From assembly GCA_965197745.1 (NCBI GenBank), contig CBDANS010000007.1, positions 192,001-256,000 of the forward strand: a DNA stretch of 64,000 nt. The letters run 5' to 3'. This document shows positions 19,842-29,330 of the stretch, one piece after another. Every line of letters begins with the position of its first letter. The stretch's first letter is position 1. Below the pieces are notes generated by a model. The model had not been told where the DNA came from, did no database searches, and saw nothing but the letters and a program-made list of their open reading frames with translations. A program made the position numbers and the translations under genes. The DNA comes from Opitutales bacterium. Its GTDB lineage: Bacteria; Verrucomicrobiota; Verrucomicrobiia; Opitutales; PNEW01.

Positions 19842-22055
19842 TCAATCAATAGGATGAAGGGCAAAAATTTTCCTCTGCAGATCAGTCTGCCGGGCAGTGC
19901 TCTTCTTATTACGGACCGCTATGGAATAAGCGACAGGATCTCCGACAATAAAAACTTTTTTCTGCCCGCGGGTAACAGCGGTATAGAGGAGATTCCTTTG
20001 CAACAACATAAAGTGCTGTTTAAGGAGGGGAATGATGACAATCGGAAACTCACTGCCTTGAGCTTTATGTACACTAATAGCGTAAGCAAGTTGGAGCTCG
20101 TCCCGTTCTGATCGATCGAAGTCGATTATTTGATTATCAAAGACCGCCGTAATAGATCCCGTTTCATGATTAAGATGTGTAATTTTACCCAGATCACCAT
20201 TAAATATGTTTTTATCATAATTATTACGTATTTGCAGAATTTTATCGTTAGGACAGAAAGTTCTTTGTCCCACGCGCAGACCGGAATGCTGCTTATTGAT
20301 GGCTTTCTGCATTTCGAAGTTAAAATTACTGATTCCAGCTACACCTCGATGCATGGGCGCGATTACCTGTACGTCAAGAAGCGGATCTACTGAATAGTAC
20401 TCCGGAATAAAATCGCGATAAAGACTTATTACAGTATTGAGACATGCCTGTGGATTGGTCTGGCGAATGAAATGCAAGTCGTTTTGAGGATTCAGCTCTC
20501 TTAAATTATCAACTAAAAATGGGGGTGTTGCATCACTGTTAAGAATTTTATAGGCGGTTGTGACAATCGGGCTTTGATCCTTTTGTCGAAATATCTTTCG
20601 CAAGCGGGTAACTTCGAATTTTCGACACTGTATAAGGTCGCGAAGAACATTGCCGGCTCCGATGGAGGGAAGTTGATCAACATCGCCGACCAAAACAACG
20701 TGAGCCATTGCGGGTACCGCGCTTAATAAAGCTGAGGCAAGCCTTACGTCAAGCATGCTTGCCTCGTCCACAATAATGAAATGAGTATTGAGAGGATTAC
20801 TTTCATCAATTTTAAAACGTCTCTTTGCCGGATCGAAATTTAGCAGTCGATGTATAGTCTGGGCATAAGCACCGGTAGTTTCGTGCATACGTTGCGCCGC
20901 GCGTCCGGTTGGCGATGCGAGTAACAGGCGCACTTTTTTGGCATTCAGGATATCAACAATGGCGCGAAGGATGGTGGTTTTACCGGTGCCGGGTCCCCCC
21001 GTAATGATAGAAAGTTTTCGGGTTAAACCGGAGCGGATGGCGCTGGCTTGTTCAGGCGCTAATTCGAAGCCCATACGTTCCTGCACCCAGTCGAGAGCAT
21101 TGTCCAATTTAATAGGGGGTAATGAGGATGGATGAGAGAGAAGTCTATGTACGCTCTGCGCAATTTTATCTTCGGCCATGGCGGTAAAAGCTAATTGGAG
21201 CAACCCATTTTCCGCAGATAAACGCAGGTTATTATTTTCTACGAGGACCTTAATTCGCTCATTAATATTACTCGGTTCAGTTTCAAGTAATTGCGCTGCA
21301 TAGGTGGATAATTCATCGCTGGAGATACAAGTATGCCCTTCGTCTTCAAGTTGCTGAATAGCGTAGATTATTCCAGCGTCGAGTCGGGGAGGACTATGAT
21401 TGGAAAATCCTAAATTAATGGCGATGCGATCAGCTGTTTTAAATCCGATCCCCACAATTTCTCGAGCGATAGTGTAGGGTTCATTTTGTATGACATTTTT
21501 GGCACTATTCCCGTATTGTTTAACCAGCTGCAGGCATTGCGCAGTTGATACCCCATAAGTATGCAGGAACATCATCACATCACGCATGGCTTGTTGTTCA
21601 TCCCACGCTTTTTTAATGGATCGCACCCGTTTATTACCGATACCCTCGACTTCGCGCAAACGCCCTGATTCCTCTGATATCACTTTCAGGGTCTCTACGC
21701 CAAATTGATCAACTATTTTATTGGCATAGACTTTACCGATGCCCTCGACGAGGCCACTGCCCAAATACGTTCGAATCCCATGCACGGAGGAGGGTAGAAC
21801 GGATTGAAAGGTGCTTATTTTAAATTGATTGCCGTGCTGAGGGTGATTTGTCCAATAACCCGAGAGATGAAGTGTTTCTCCACATTGCACACCCGGCAAG
21901 TTGCCGGTGATTGTGACCAGGGCACTTTTACCTTCCGGCCTTAATTCACCAACACAGAAATGCGTGTCTTCACTGGAAAATATAATGCGTTCGAGTACAC
22001 CGTTAAGTGACTCCTCACTCATTTTCGGAGTGATTTTATTTTCAGGCATGCTCAA
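19842..22055 (-). CDS. recD2: RecD2-like SF1B DNA helicase
   Basis: HhH N-terminal region, GGPGTGKTT, VDEASM, VGDVDQLPS, YAISVHKAQGSEF, YTAVTRG. Confidence 0.93.
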   Translation of the reverse strand: MSMPENKITPKMSEESLNGVLERIIFSSEDTHFCVGELRPEGKSALVTITGNLPGVQCGETLHLSGYWTNHPQHGNQFKISTFQSVLPSSVHGIRTYLGSGLVEGIGKVYANKIVDQFGVETLKVISEESGRLREVEGIGNKRVRSIKKAWDEQQAMRDVMMFLHTYGVSTAQCLQLVKQYGNSAKNVIQNEPYTIAREIVGIGFKTADRIAINLGFSNHSPPRLDAGIIYAIQQLEDEGHTCISSDELSTYAAQLLETEPSNINERIKVLVENNNLRLSAENGLLQLAFTAMAEDKIAQSVHRLLSHPSSLPPIKLDNALDWVQERMGFELAPEQASAIRSGLTRKLSIITGGPGTGKTTILRAIVDILNAKKVRLLLASPTGRAAQRMHETTGAYAQTIHRLLNFDPAKRRFKIDESNPLNTHFIIVDEASMLDVRLASALLSAVPAMAHVVLVGDVDQLPSIGAGNVLRDLIQCRKFEVTRLRKIFRQKDQSPIVTTAYKILNSDATPPFLVDNLRELNPQNDLHFIRQTNPQACLNTVISLYRDFIPEYYSVDPLLDVQVIAPMHRGVAGISNFNFEMQKAINKQHSGLRVGQRTFCPNDKILQIRNNYDKNIFNGDLGKITHLNHETGSITAVFDNQIIDFDRSERDELQLAYAISVHKAQGSEFPIVIIPLLKQHFMLLQRNLLYTAVTRGQKKVFIVGDPVAYSIAVRNKKSTARQTDLQRKIFALHPID

Positions 22056-22084
22056 TAAGAGGGTGTCGGAACAGTAATGCTATA

Positions 22085-22759
22085 TCAATCGATTGGCACT
22101 TCCATTGCATCCTTTGGAGCAGTAAATCCAAAAACTGCTTCGCCAAGCGCAAATAAATCAGGGTATACTCCTTCAGCTCCGGCATCAATCAGCGGTTCAC
22201 GCGTATGGGTGCCAGTAGTCACCGCATAACCGATCATATCAACTGCTGTTGCGGCGGCAATGTCAAAGGGCGAATCCCCAATGAGGCAGCAGTCATCCGG
22301 TGTAGTATTTAATTGAGTGAGAATATATTGAGTAAATTCGCGATCGGGTTTGCGATAGGGCGTATCTCCATGACCAACGATGGCGTCAAGATAACAATCA
22401 ATCTTCATGTGAGCGCAAAGTTGTCGGGAGCTATCGCCCCCTTTGTTGGTAAAGACTGCGGTTTTATAACCGCGTTCCTTAAGTGAATGGAGGATCCAAC
22501 AAACACCGGGGTAGATGACGATATCTTCAAGAAATATTTCATCAAAATGTTCCTGGAAATGGATAAGCGCCTCGGATAATTTTTCTTTTCCGATTAAGCG
22601 CTCAAGCGTTACCGGGACCGAACCGCCGATGGTGCGTTTGACGGTATCGAAATCAACGGGGTTGAGACCAATTTTTTTCTGAGCATAAACATAACAACGA
22701 TAAATTACGTTAAAATGATCGATTAGTGTTCCATCAAGATCTAATAATACGGCATTCAT
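22085..22759 (-). CDS. HAD-family hydrolase (phosphoglycolate phosphatase-like)
   Basis: DLDGTLID, TNK, KP and IGDSPFD motifs I-IV. Confidence 0.88.
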   Translation of the reverse strand: MNAVLLDLDGTLIDHFNVIYRCYVYAQKKIGLNPVDFDTVKRTIGGSVPVTLERLIGKEKLSEALIHFQEHFDEIFLEDIVIYPGVCWILHSLKERGYKTAVFTNKGGDSSRQLCAHMKIDCYLDAIVGHGDTPYRKPDREFTQYILTQLNTTPDDCCLIGDSPFDIAAATAVDMIGYAVTTGTHTREPLIDAGAEGVYPDLFALGEAVFGFTAPKDAMEVPID

Positions 22760-22876
22760 GGTGATAATTTAGTCATCAGGCAGCATTTGCCCGTGATAAC
22801 GGGTTGAATAAAATATAAATATTGTGTGACAAATATGGGATCACCTCTAAAGCTTAAGCCATAAGAGTCAATCAGT

Positions 22877-24016
22877 ATGGATTCTCAAGAACAAATAAAA
22901 CTGATAGAGAGCGTTCGAGAAGGCAATGATCTCACTCTTCGTCTTTCAGGGGATTGGTCGTTAATGGGAACCATACCGGAATTTAATACCATAATTGACA
23001 CATTTCCACTGGATACAGATATACAGGGTATTAAATTCGATGTCGCCCAATTGGTCACTTGGGAGTCAGGTCTGCTCACATTCCTGCTGAAAGTTATGGA
23101 ATATGGGAAAGAGCGTGACTTAGAAGTATATGTGGATTCATTGCCCGATAACATCCAGCGATTACTTCGTCTTTCACAGGAGGTTCCGGAAAAAGAGGAT
23201 GTGGGTAGAAGAGATGCCGAGCACGCTTTTTTACCACGGGTTGGTGCGTGGGGAGTCTCTCTTTTCGATGGAGGCTTAATTTTTACACGATTTGTCGGTG
23301 AGGTTTTTTTAAGTGTTCTTAAACTCATCAGTGGCCGTTATCATATGCGTTGGGGTGATTTTTTTGTCATCGTTCAGGAAACAGGGGCCAAAGCACTCCC
23401 CATTGTTTCACTCATCGCTATACTAATCGGGCTTATTGTTGCCTTTCTTGGATCTGTTACGCTTGCCCGTTTTGGCGCCGAGATTTATGTCTCCTATCTG
23501 GTAGCTTACGGGATACTCAGGGAAATGGGCGCGATAATGACGGGTGTCATCGTTGCCGGTCGCACGGGCGCGGCCTTTGCCGCACAAATCGGGACGATGA
23601 AGGTAACCGAGGAAATCGATGCGCTGAAAACCATGGGAATATCACCTGTAGATTTCATCGTTCTCCCACGTATGCTGGCACTTATTATTATGATGCCGCT
23701 TCTTGTTCTCTACGCGGATATCCTTGGTATTATCGGTGGGCTGTTGGTAACTACCCTCCTCCTGGATTTTTCAGTTTACCAGTTTCTTGAAGGGATGAAT
23801 GAGGCGGTTGCTTTACCCGATTTTTACTTGGGCATAATTAAAGGAACTGTATTTGGTGTTTTAGTTGCTATTTCCGGTTGTCTAAGGGGAATGCAATGCG
23901 GGAATAGCGCTGATGCCGTTGGTTTGGCAGCCACTTCTGCTGTCGTTACGGGTATAACCTTGATCATTTTTGCTAACGCTGTCATTGACTGGATTGCAGC
24001 CATCCATGGATTCTGA
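22877..24016 (+). CDS. mlaE: MlaE-family ABC permease with N-terminal STAS-like domain
   Basis: LREMG..AGRTGAAFAAQIGTMKVTEEIDAL, VGLAATSAVV. Confidence 0.88.
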   Translation: MDSQEQIKLIESVREGNDLTLRLSGDWSLMGTIPEFNTIIDTFPLDTDIQGIKFDVAQLVTWESGLLTFLLKVMEYGKERDLEVYVDSLPDNIQRLLRLSQEVPEKEDVGRRDAEHAFLPRVGAWGVSLFDGGLIFTRFVGEVFLSVLKLISGRYHMRWGDFFVIVQETGAKALPIVSLIAILIGLIVAFLGSVTLARFGAEIYVSYLVAYGILREMGAIMTGVIVAGRTGAAFAAQIGTMKVTEEIDALKTMGISPVDFIVLPRMLALIIMMPLLVLYADILGIIGGLLVTTLLLDFSVYQFLEGMNEAVALPDFYLGIIKGTVFGVLVAISGCLRGMQCGNSADAVGLAATSAVVTGITLIIFANAVIDWIAAIHGF

Positions 24017-24021
24017 TATAA

Positions 24022-24789
24022 GTGATGAACGTTATTTCTCAACCGAAAATTGAAGTGCAGGATCTGGACTTGGCCTATGGCTCCTTTGTTGTCATGCGTG
24101 ATCTAAAATTTTCCGTCAAGCAAGGTGAGATCATGATCATTATGGGGGGCAGTGGTTGTGGGAAAAGCACACTGTTAAAACACCTTATCGGTCTTATCGA
24201 TCCTGTCCGCGGCGATATTCTCTATGACGGAGTAAGTTTCGTGAATGCCGATCTGGACAAAAAACAAAATACCTTGCGAACCTTTGGTGTGCTCTACCAG
24301 GCGGGAGCGCTTTGGAGCTCAATGACACTGGAAGAAAACGTTTCCTTACCGCTTGAGGAATATACCAATCTCTCGAGCGGAGAAATTCGTGATATTGTCA
24401 CCTATAAGTTGTCTCTTGTCGGGTTAAAAGGCTTTGAGGCGTTCTATCCTTCCGAAATCAGCGGTGGCATGCGCAAACGCGCCGGGCTGGCCCGCGCGAT
24501 GGCTTTAGACCCTGAGATTCTCTTTTTTGATGAACCGTCGGCGGGGCTCGATCCGGTCAGTTCACGCCGGCTGGATGATCTTATTCTGCAACTTCGCGAC
24601 AGTCTTGGCTCAACCGTTGTGGTGGTGACACATGAATTAGCGAGCATTTTCGCGATCGGTGACAATTCTATCTTCCTCGATGCTGAAAGCAGGACAATGT
24701 CGGCGATGGGAAATCCGGGTGAGCTTTTCAAGAATCCACCCAATGAAAACGTGCGATACTTTCTTTCTCGCGGTGAAAAAGCGAATTAA
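24022..24789 (+). CDS. mlaF: MlaF-family ABC ATPase
   Basis: GGSGCGKS, ISGGMRKRAGLARA, FFDEPSAGLDP, VVVTH. Confidence 0.9.
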   Translation: MMNVISQPKIEVQDLDLAYGSFVVMRDLKFSVKQGEIMIIMGGSGCGKSTLLKHLIGLIDPVRGDILYDGVSFVNADLDKKQNTLRTFGVLYQAGALWSSMTLEENVSLPLEEYTNLSSGEIRDIVTYKLSLVGLKGFEAFYPSEISGGMRKRAGLARAMALDPEILFFDEPSAGLDPVSSRRLDDLILQLRDSLGSTVVVVTHELASIFAIGDNSIFLDAESRTMSAMGNPGELFKNPPNENVRYFLSRGEKAN

Positions 24790-24849
24790 TTTAATTTTAA
24801 AGTCCCTTAGTCTGGAAATAAAAATTTTGATCATGAATAAGCAGATAAA

Positions 24850-25863
24850 ATGAGTTTAAAAGCCAGTCCTACGGTAATCGGTGTTTTCGTTTTAGGGGCG
24901 TTAGCTATCGCAGTTGCAGGGATCATCATTGTCGGGTCGGTCAAAATTTTTACCGAAAATGAGGAATTTATCATTTATTTTGATGAATCAGTGAGCGGAT
25001 TGGATATTGGCTCTCAGGTTAAATTTCGTGGTGTTCCCATCGGTCAAGTCACCGAGATAATGATTCGTTATAATCAAATCGAATTATCAGGCCATATCCC
25101 TGTGGTGATTGAAATTGGGACAAGCCGGCTCGCGAATCAGTTGGGGGTTCCCGTGGACTTAAAAGATGATATTGTTTTCCTGGACCAGATAAATACAGGA
25201 CTGCGAGCCCAATTGGTTATGGAAAGTTTTATCACGGGACTTTATTATATCGATTTATCCTACCTCGAGGATGCCCCTCCCCCTATTTTTATCCAGGACA
25301 AGGTCATATATAAAGAAATACCTTCCATAAAATCACCCTTTGCCGAGATCGGTCAGAGCGCAAATGAATTCATTGCTAACTTGAGTAAACTGGATATAGA
25401 GAAACTTAATAAAAAATTGTTTACTCTTCTGCAGAGTGCCAATGACGCGATTGATGATGTAAACTTCAAAAAAATCAGCGACAATTTTATCGAGGTGACC
25501 GCATCGATTACGGAGTTGGTTAATTCAGAAAATGTGCTGGAGGTATTGGAAAATTTAAAGACGACCTTAGTGGAATTACGTAATCTGGCGGCGAAGATAG
25601 AAAAAAATATTGATCCTGTTCTGGCGGGAGCTAAGGCAACGAATGAGAAAATTCAGCTTACATTAGTCAGCTTGAGAAATACTGCTGATCGAATTGAAAA
25701 TGTTCTCACCCCTGAATCGTCAATGCGCTATGAAGTCGAACGCGCTTTAAGTGAACTGTCAGCCGCCGCTCAGGCAATCCGCCAACTCAGTGACCATCTT
25801 GAACGCAATCCAAAATCACTTTTAACCGGTAAAAACCCACCTGATAAGGTAATAGAAAAATGA
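24850..25863 (+). CDS. MlaD/MCE-domain protein with helical tail
   Basis: N-terminal TM, SVSGLDIGSQVKFRGVPIGQV, coiled coil, C-terminal LERNPKSLLTG. Confidence 0.88.
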   Translation: MSLKASPTVIGVFVLGALAIAVAGIIIVGSVKIFTENEEFIIYFDESVSGLDIGSQVKFRGVPIGQVTEIMIRYNQIELSGHIPVVIEIGTSRLANQLGVPVDLKDDIVFLDQINTGLRAQLVMESFITGLYYIDLSYLEDAPPPIFIQDKVIYKEIPSIKSPFAEIGQSANEFIANLSKLDIEKLNKKLFTLLQSANDAIDDVNFKKISDNFIEVTASITELVNSENVLEVLENLKTTLVELRNLAAKIEKNIDPVLAGAKATNEKIQLTLVSLRNTADRIENVLTPESSMRYEVERALSELSAAAQAIRQLSDHLERNPKSLLTGKNPPDKVIEK

Positions 25864-26510
25864 AGATTCCGACATCGCTGATGTATGTTCTCCTCTCCAT
25901 AAGCCTGCTCATTTGGCTGAGTGGGTGTATCAATCTTGATCCCAAGGCTGATCCGACAAGGTTTTACCTGATCACTGTGAAAAATGAGGGGAAAAAAGCA
26001 CAAATTATCGACGACGATAGTGGGATTAGCATTGGACTGCAACGTGTGGATATTCCCGCTTATCTCAATAACAGAAAAATCGTTGTGCGTTACGACACTC
26101 AGGAAATTCGCTACGCAGAATACCATCGGTGGGGTGAGGATTTAGAAATTGCGATAAGCCGGGCCGTGGCCGTCGATCTCCTTAAGAATGATTGGGTGAA
26201 ACGAGTATCAATCGTTCCCTGGCAAGATGTTGCTGTCCATGACCTCGAAGTAAAGATTCGTATTATGCGATTTGATGGTGATGTCAGAGGGAAAATTACC
26301 CTTCGCGCACTATGGGAAATCAAGGATCCCGATAGTGGTAAAAACCTCTTGAGTGGTGATACCACGGTTAACCGCAGTGGCTGGAATAGTAAGGATTATG
26401 AACGACTGGCCGCGTTAATGAGCGAGACTTTGGCCACATTATCTGCTGATCTTACGGCAGCGATAAGTAAATTACCACCGCCATCAGATGATGAAGCAGG
26501 TGAGCTATAA
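25860..26510 (+). CDS. PqiC-like ABC auxiliary lipoprotein
   Basis: Lipobox LSGC, IPAYL..KIV, HRWGEDL, RFDG; last gene of the MCE operon. Confidence 0.8.
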   Translation: MKIPTSLMYVLLSISLLIWLSGCINLDPKADPTRFYLITVKNEGKKAQIIDDDSGISIGLQRVDIPAYLNNRKIVVRYDTQEIRYAEYHRWGEDLEIAISRAVAVDLLKNDWVKRVSIVPWQDVAVHDLEVKIRIMRFDGDVRGKITLRALWEIKDPDSGKNLLSGDTTVNRSGWNSKDYERLAALMSETLATLSADLTAAISKLPPPSDDEAGEL

Positions 26511-26512
26511 AG

Positions 26513-26544
26513 TTAATAATCGGCCTTTAGGGGACGATTATTAA
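26513..26544. terminator. Inverted repeat between convergent pqiC-like gene and leuA (likely bidirectional terminator)
   Basis: TTAATAATCG (26513-22) pairs with CGATTATTAA (26535-44). Confidence 0.55.
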
Positions 26545-26551
26545 TCAGGTA

Positions 26552-28276
26552 TCACGCTTTTACTTTTTCCTCAGTGGGGGCGACGTAATCCCCCTTAACG
26601 CCTTTCGGATTAGTGCGATTGTAGGCGCTGACTAAAGCTTTCAGGCCGGCCATTTCAATATTAGTATCAATACCCACGCCCCAAAAGCATATTTTATTAT
26701 CGATGTGTTCAATCTCGATATAAGCGGCGGCATCAGCAGCAGATCCACGGGTTATAGCGTGCTGGCGGAAGTCGAGCAATTGGAAGTTTTTCAGTCCCGC
26801 TTGATCCATGGCATTAACAAAGGCGGCAATAGGCCCATTGCCAACTCCCTCAATATGCATCTTTTCATCAGCATATATAATTTCCGCCTGGCAGTTCACA
26901 TGGTGGTGATCGGAGGGATCGGTAATTATGTTGTAGGATTTTAAATCGAGAGGACTTTTGCGATCAATATATTCACGATAGAAAGCATCGTGAATTTCCT
27001 CTGCATTCAATTCCCTGCTTTCGGAGTCCGCGATGATATTAACTAAATTCCCAAATTCAGGATGCATTTTTTTAGGCATTTCCAATCCAAATTCGCGTTC
27101 CATAATATAAGCTACGCCGCCTTTGCCACTTTGGCTGTTGATACGTATAATCGCCTTATAAGTACGACCGATATCTTCAGGGTCGATAGCGAGATAAGGG
27201 ACCTGCCACAAAGCGCCTGGAGTGGGGGACATTTTTTCCATGCCTTTTTTGATAGCATCCTGGTGAGAACCTGAAAACGCGGTAAATACCAAATCCCCAC
27301 TATATGGATGGCGATCGTCTACTGTCATTCGCGTGCAACGTTCGTAAATGTCGCGTACTTCCCTGATTATGGTGAGGTCAAGATAAGGGTCTATTCCCTG
27401 AGAATATAGGTTTAGCGCGACGGTTACGATATCGAGATTTCCGGTGCGTTCACCGTTGCCAAAAAGCGTTCCTTCGACGCGTTCAGCGCCGGCCATCAGA
27501 GCTAACTCCGTGGCAGCCACGCCGGTGCCACGATCATTATGGGTGTGCAAGCTGATCACTGCTTTATTTCGCTCTTTAATATGGCGGCAGAACCATTCGA
27601 TCTGGTCGGCATAGATATTAGGTGTAGCTAATTCTACAGTAGCGGGAAGATTGAGAATAATGCGCTCTTTTTCTGTCGAATCCCAGGCTTCCATTACCGC
27701 TTCGCATACTTCGAGGGAATAATCCAACTCTGTGTCTGAAAAACTTTCCGGTGAATATTCATACCTGACGTGAGTATCCGGAACTGTTGAAACAAGACTT
27801 TTAACCAGTTCGGTCCCTTTAACGGCAATAGCTTTGATCTGCTCTTTACTCATCCCGAAAGTTACTCGCCTCTGCAGAGGGTTGGTTGAGTTATAAAGGT
27901 GGACGATGGCTTTTTTGGCGCCGCGAATGGATTCAAAGGTGCGCCGAATGAGATGTTCGCGCGCCTGGACTAATACCTGTATTTCGACATCATGTGGAAT
28001 TAAATCGTTTTCAATTAAATGCCGCGTGAATTCATATTCGGTATCAGAAGCGGAGGGAAACCCTACTTCAATCTGTTTAAAGCCGAGACGGCACAACAGC
28101 TTGAACATCTCGAGCTTTTCTTCGATGTTCATGGGAATGGCCAGGGCCTGGTTGCCATCGCGTAGATCGACACTACACCAGGTAGGCGCGCTGTCTATGA
28201 CCTTGTTCGGCCATTGACGATCGGGTAAATCGATCTTTTTAAAGGGTCGGTATTTTGAAATAGATTTTTTTTTCAT
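26552..28276 (-). CDS. leuA: 2-isopropylmalate synthase (LeuA2/yeast type)
   Basis: VDLRDGNQAL, HLYNST, YSPESF, HTHNDRG, GNGERTGN, FSGSHQDAI, RINSQSGKGG. ATG 28276 chosen as start. Confidence 0.96.
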   Translation of the reverse strand: MKKKSISKYRPFKKIDLPDRQWPNKVIDSAPTWCSVDLRDGNQALAIPMNIEEKLEMFKLLCRLGFKQIEVGFPSASDTEYEFTRHLIENDLIPHDVEIQVLVQAREHLIRRTFESIRGAKKAIVHLYNSTNPLQRRVTFGMSKEQIKAIAVKGTELVKSLVSTVPDTHVRYEYSPESFSDTELDYSLEVCEAVMEAWDSTEKERIILNLPATVELATPNIYADQIEWFCRHIKERNKAVISLHTHNDRGTGVAATELALMAGAERVEGTLFGNGERTGNLDIVTVALNLYSQGIDPYLDLTIIREVRDIYERCTRMTVDDRHPYSGDLVFTAFSGSHQDAIKKGMEKMSPTPGALWQVPYLAIDPEDIGRTYKAIIRINSQSGKGGVAYIMEREFGLEMPKKMHPEFGNLVNIIADSESRELNAEEIHDAFYREYIDRKSPLDLKSYNIITDPSDHHHVNCQAEIIYADEKMHIEGVGNGPIAAFVNAMDQAGLKNFQLLDFRQHAITRGSAADAAAYIEIEHIDNKICFWGVGIDTNIEMAGLKALVSAYNRTNPKGVKGDYVAPTEEKVKA

Positions 28277-28320
28277 TTGATTGAAAAATTTAGCATTAAT
28301 AAATTCGATAGTTCCAACGG

Positions 28321-28475
28321 AAGCCACTGATGATTAGATTACCCTGAATAGTGGCTTGTGCGGATATATATCCGCACAACGGTAACAGAAAATAGTACGA
28401 CAAAACTTCTCCCCCTCAGGGGAGGAGGCTGAGAAGAGCGATAAGGTCAATTTGCCGGTTGATGCTCATCTTCAT
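28321..28475 (-). promoter_or_regulatory. Putative leucine attenuator of leuA (leader peptide plus alternative hairpins)
   Basis: uORF 28475-28416 encodes MKMSINRQIDLIALLSLLP* (5 Leu in the last 9 codons). Stem CTTCTC..CTCCTCCCC/GGGGGAGAAG spans the stop. Perfect 24-bp palindrome at 28356-28379. AAGCCACT/AGTGGCTT pair at 28321-28 and 28350-57. Confidence 0.72.
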
Positions 28476-28660
28476 TGTAGAGCTTATGATTTCTTAAATG
28501 GTTGTATTTGTCAAGTCTGTGCGGTGAAGTCTTTTCATTGCCATAGGGGTGGCATATACTAAATTAGAGGGGAATGATTTTTAGTGAAGATTAAAGGATT
28601 AGTATAGTATATTTATTTAAAGACCTGTTAATATACCGGATCAATCAATTATTATTTTAG

Positions 28661-29218
28661 ATGAAAGGAGCGATTAAAAATAAGATTATTGTCTTGGGAG
28701 TAACGGGATCCATTGCAGCCTATAAATCAGCGGACATTGTCAGCCAGTTAAATAAAGAGGAAGCTGAGACCTATGTCGTGATGACGCGGGAAGCCGAGGC
28801 CTTTATAACACCGATGACGCTGCAAACGCTCAGCCGTAATCCTGTCTCAACAGATCTATGGGAAGAGGGTAACGGCTGGCAACCCGGCCATATCGAACTG
28901 GCGGACAAGGCCGATCTCTTGTTGGTGGCCCCTGCTACGGCCAATATTATTGCTTGCTTTGCCTATGGCCTGGCCCCCGATTTATTAACTTCTATCTACT
29001 TGGCAACTCCTGCCCCGGTAATGATCGCCCCCGCGATGAATGGTAAGATGCTGTCTCATCCCGCCACGCAGCAAAACCTTAAGGTATTAAGGGATCGGGG
29101 TAATATAATTATAGAACCCGACCAGGGAATGTTGGCATGTGGTTATGAAGGCAAGGGAAAGCTCAGCAGTGTTGAGACAATTTTATCCGCGATCGAGACT
29201 AATTTTTCAAGCCGTTGA
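28661..29218 (+). CDS. coaC: Phosphopantothenoylcysteine decarboxylase (stand-alone flavoprotein domain)
   Basis: GVTGSIAAYK, HIELA, APATAN, APAMN, LACGYEGKG. No CoaB half. Confidence 0.85.
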   Translation: MKGAIKNKIIVLGVTGSIAAYKSADIVSQLNKEEAETYVVMTREAEAFITPMTLQTLSRNPVSTDLWEEGNGWQPGHIELADKADLLLVAPATANIIACFAYGLAPDLLTSIYLATPAPVMIAPAMNGKMLSHPATQQNLKVLRDRGNIIIEPDQGMLACGYEGKGKLSSVETILSAIETNFSSR

Positions 29219-29330
29219 ACATTTTAGTGAAGGAGAACGAATCGGGCTTTTAATTAACAGTGAGTTCTTAATTGCTGGCTTGCCTGTAAAAAGGATACCC
29301 GTCTAATAGTTATAAGATCATTTTTTCCCT

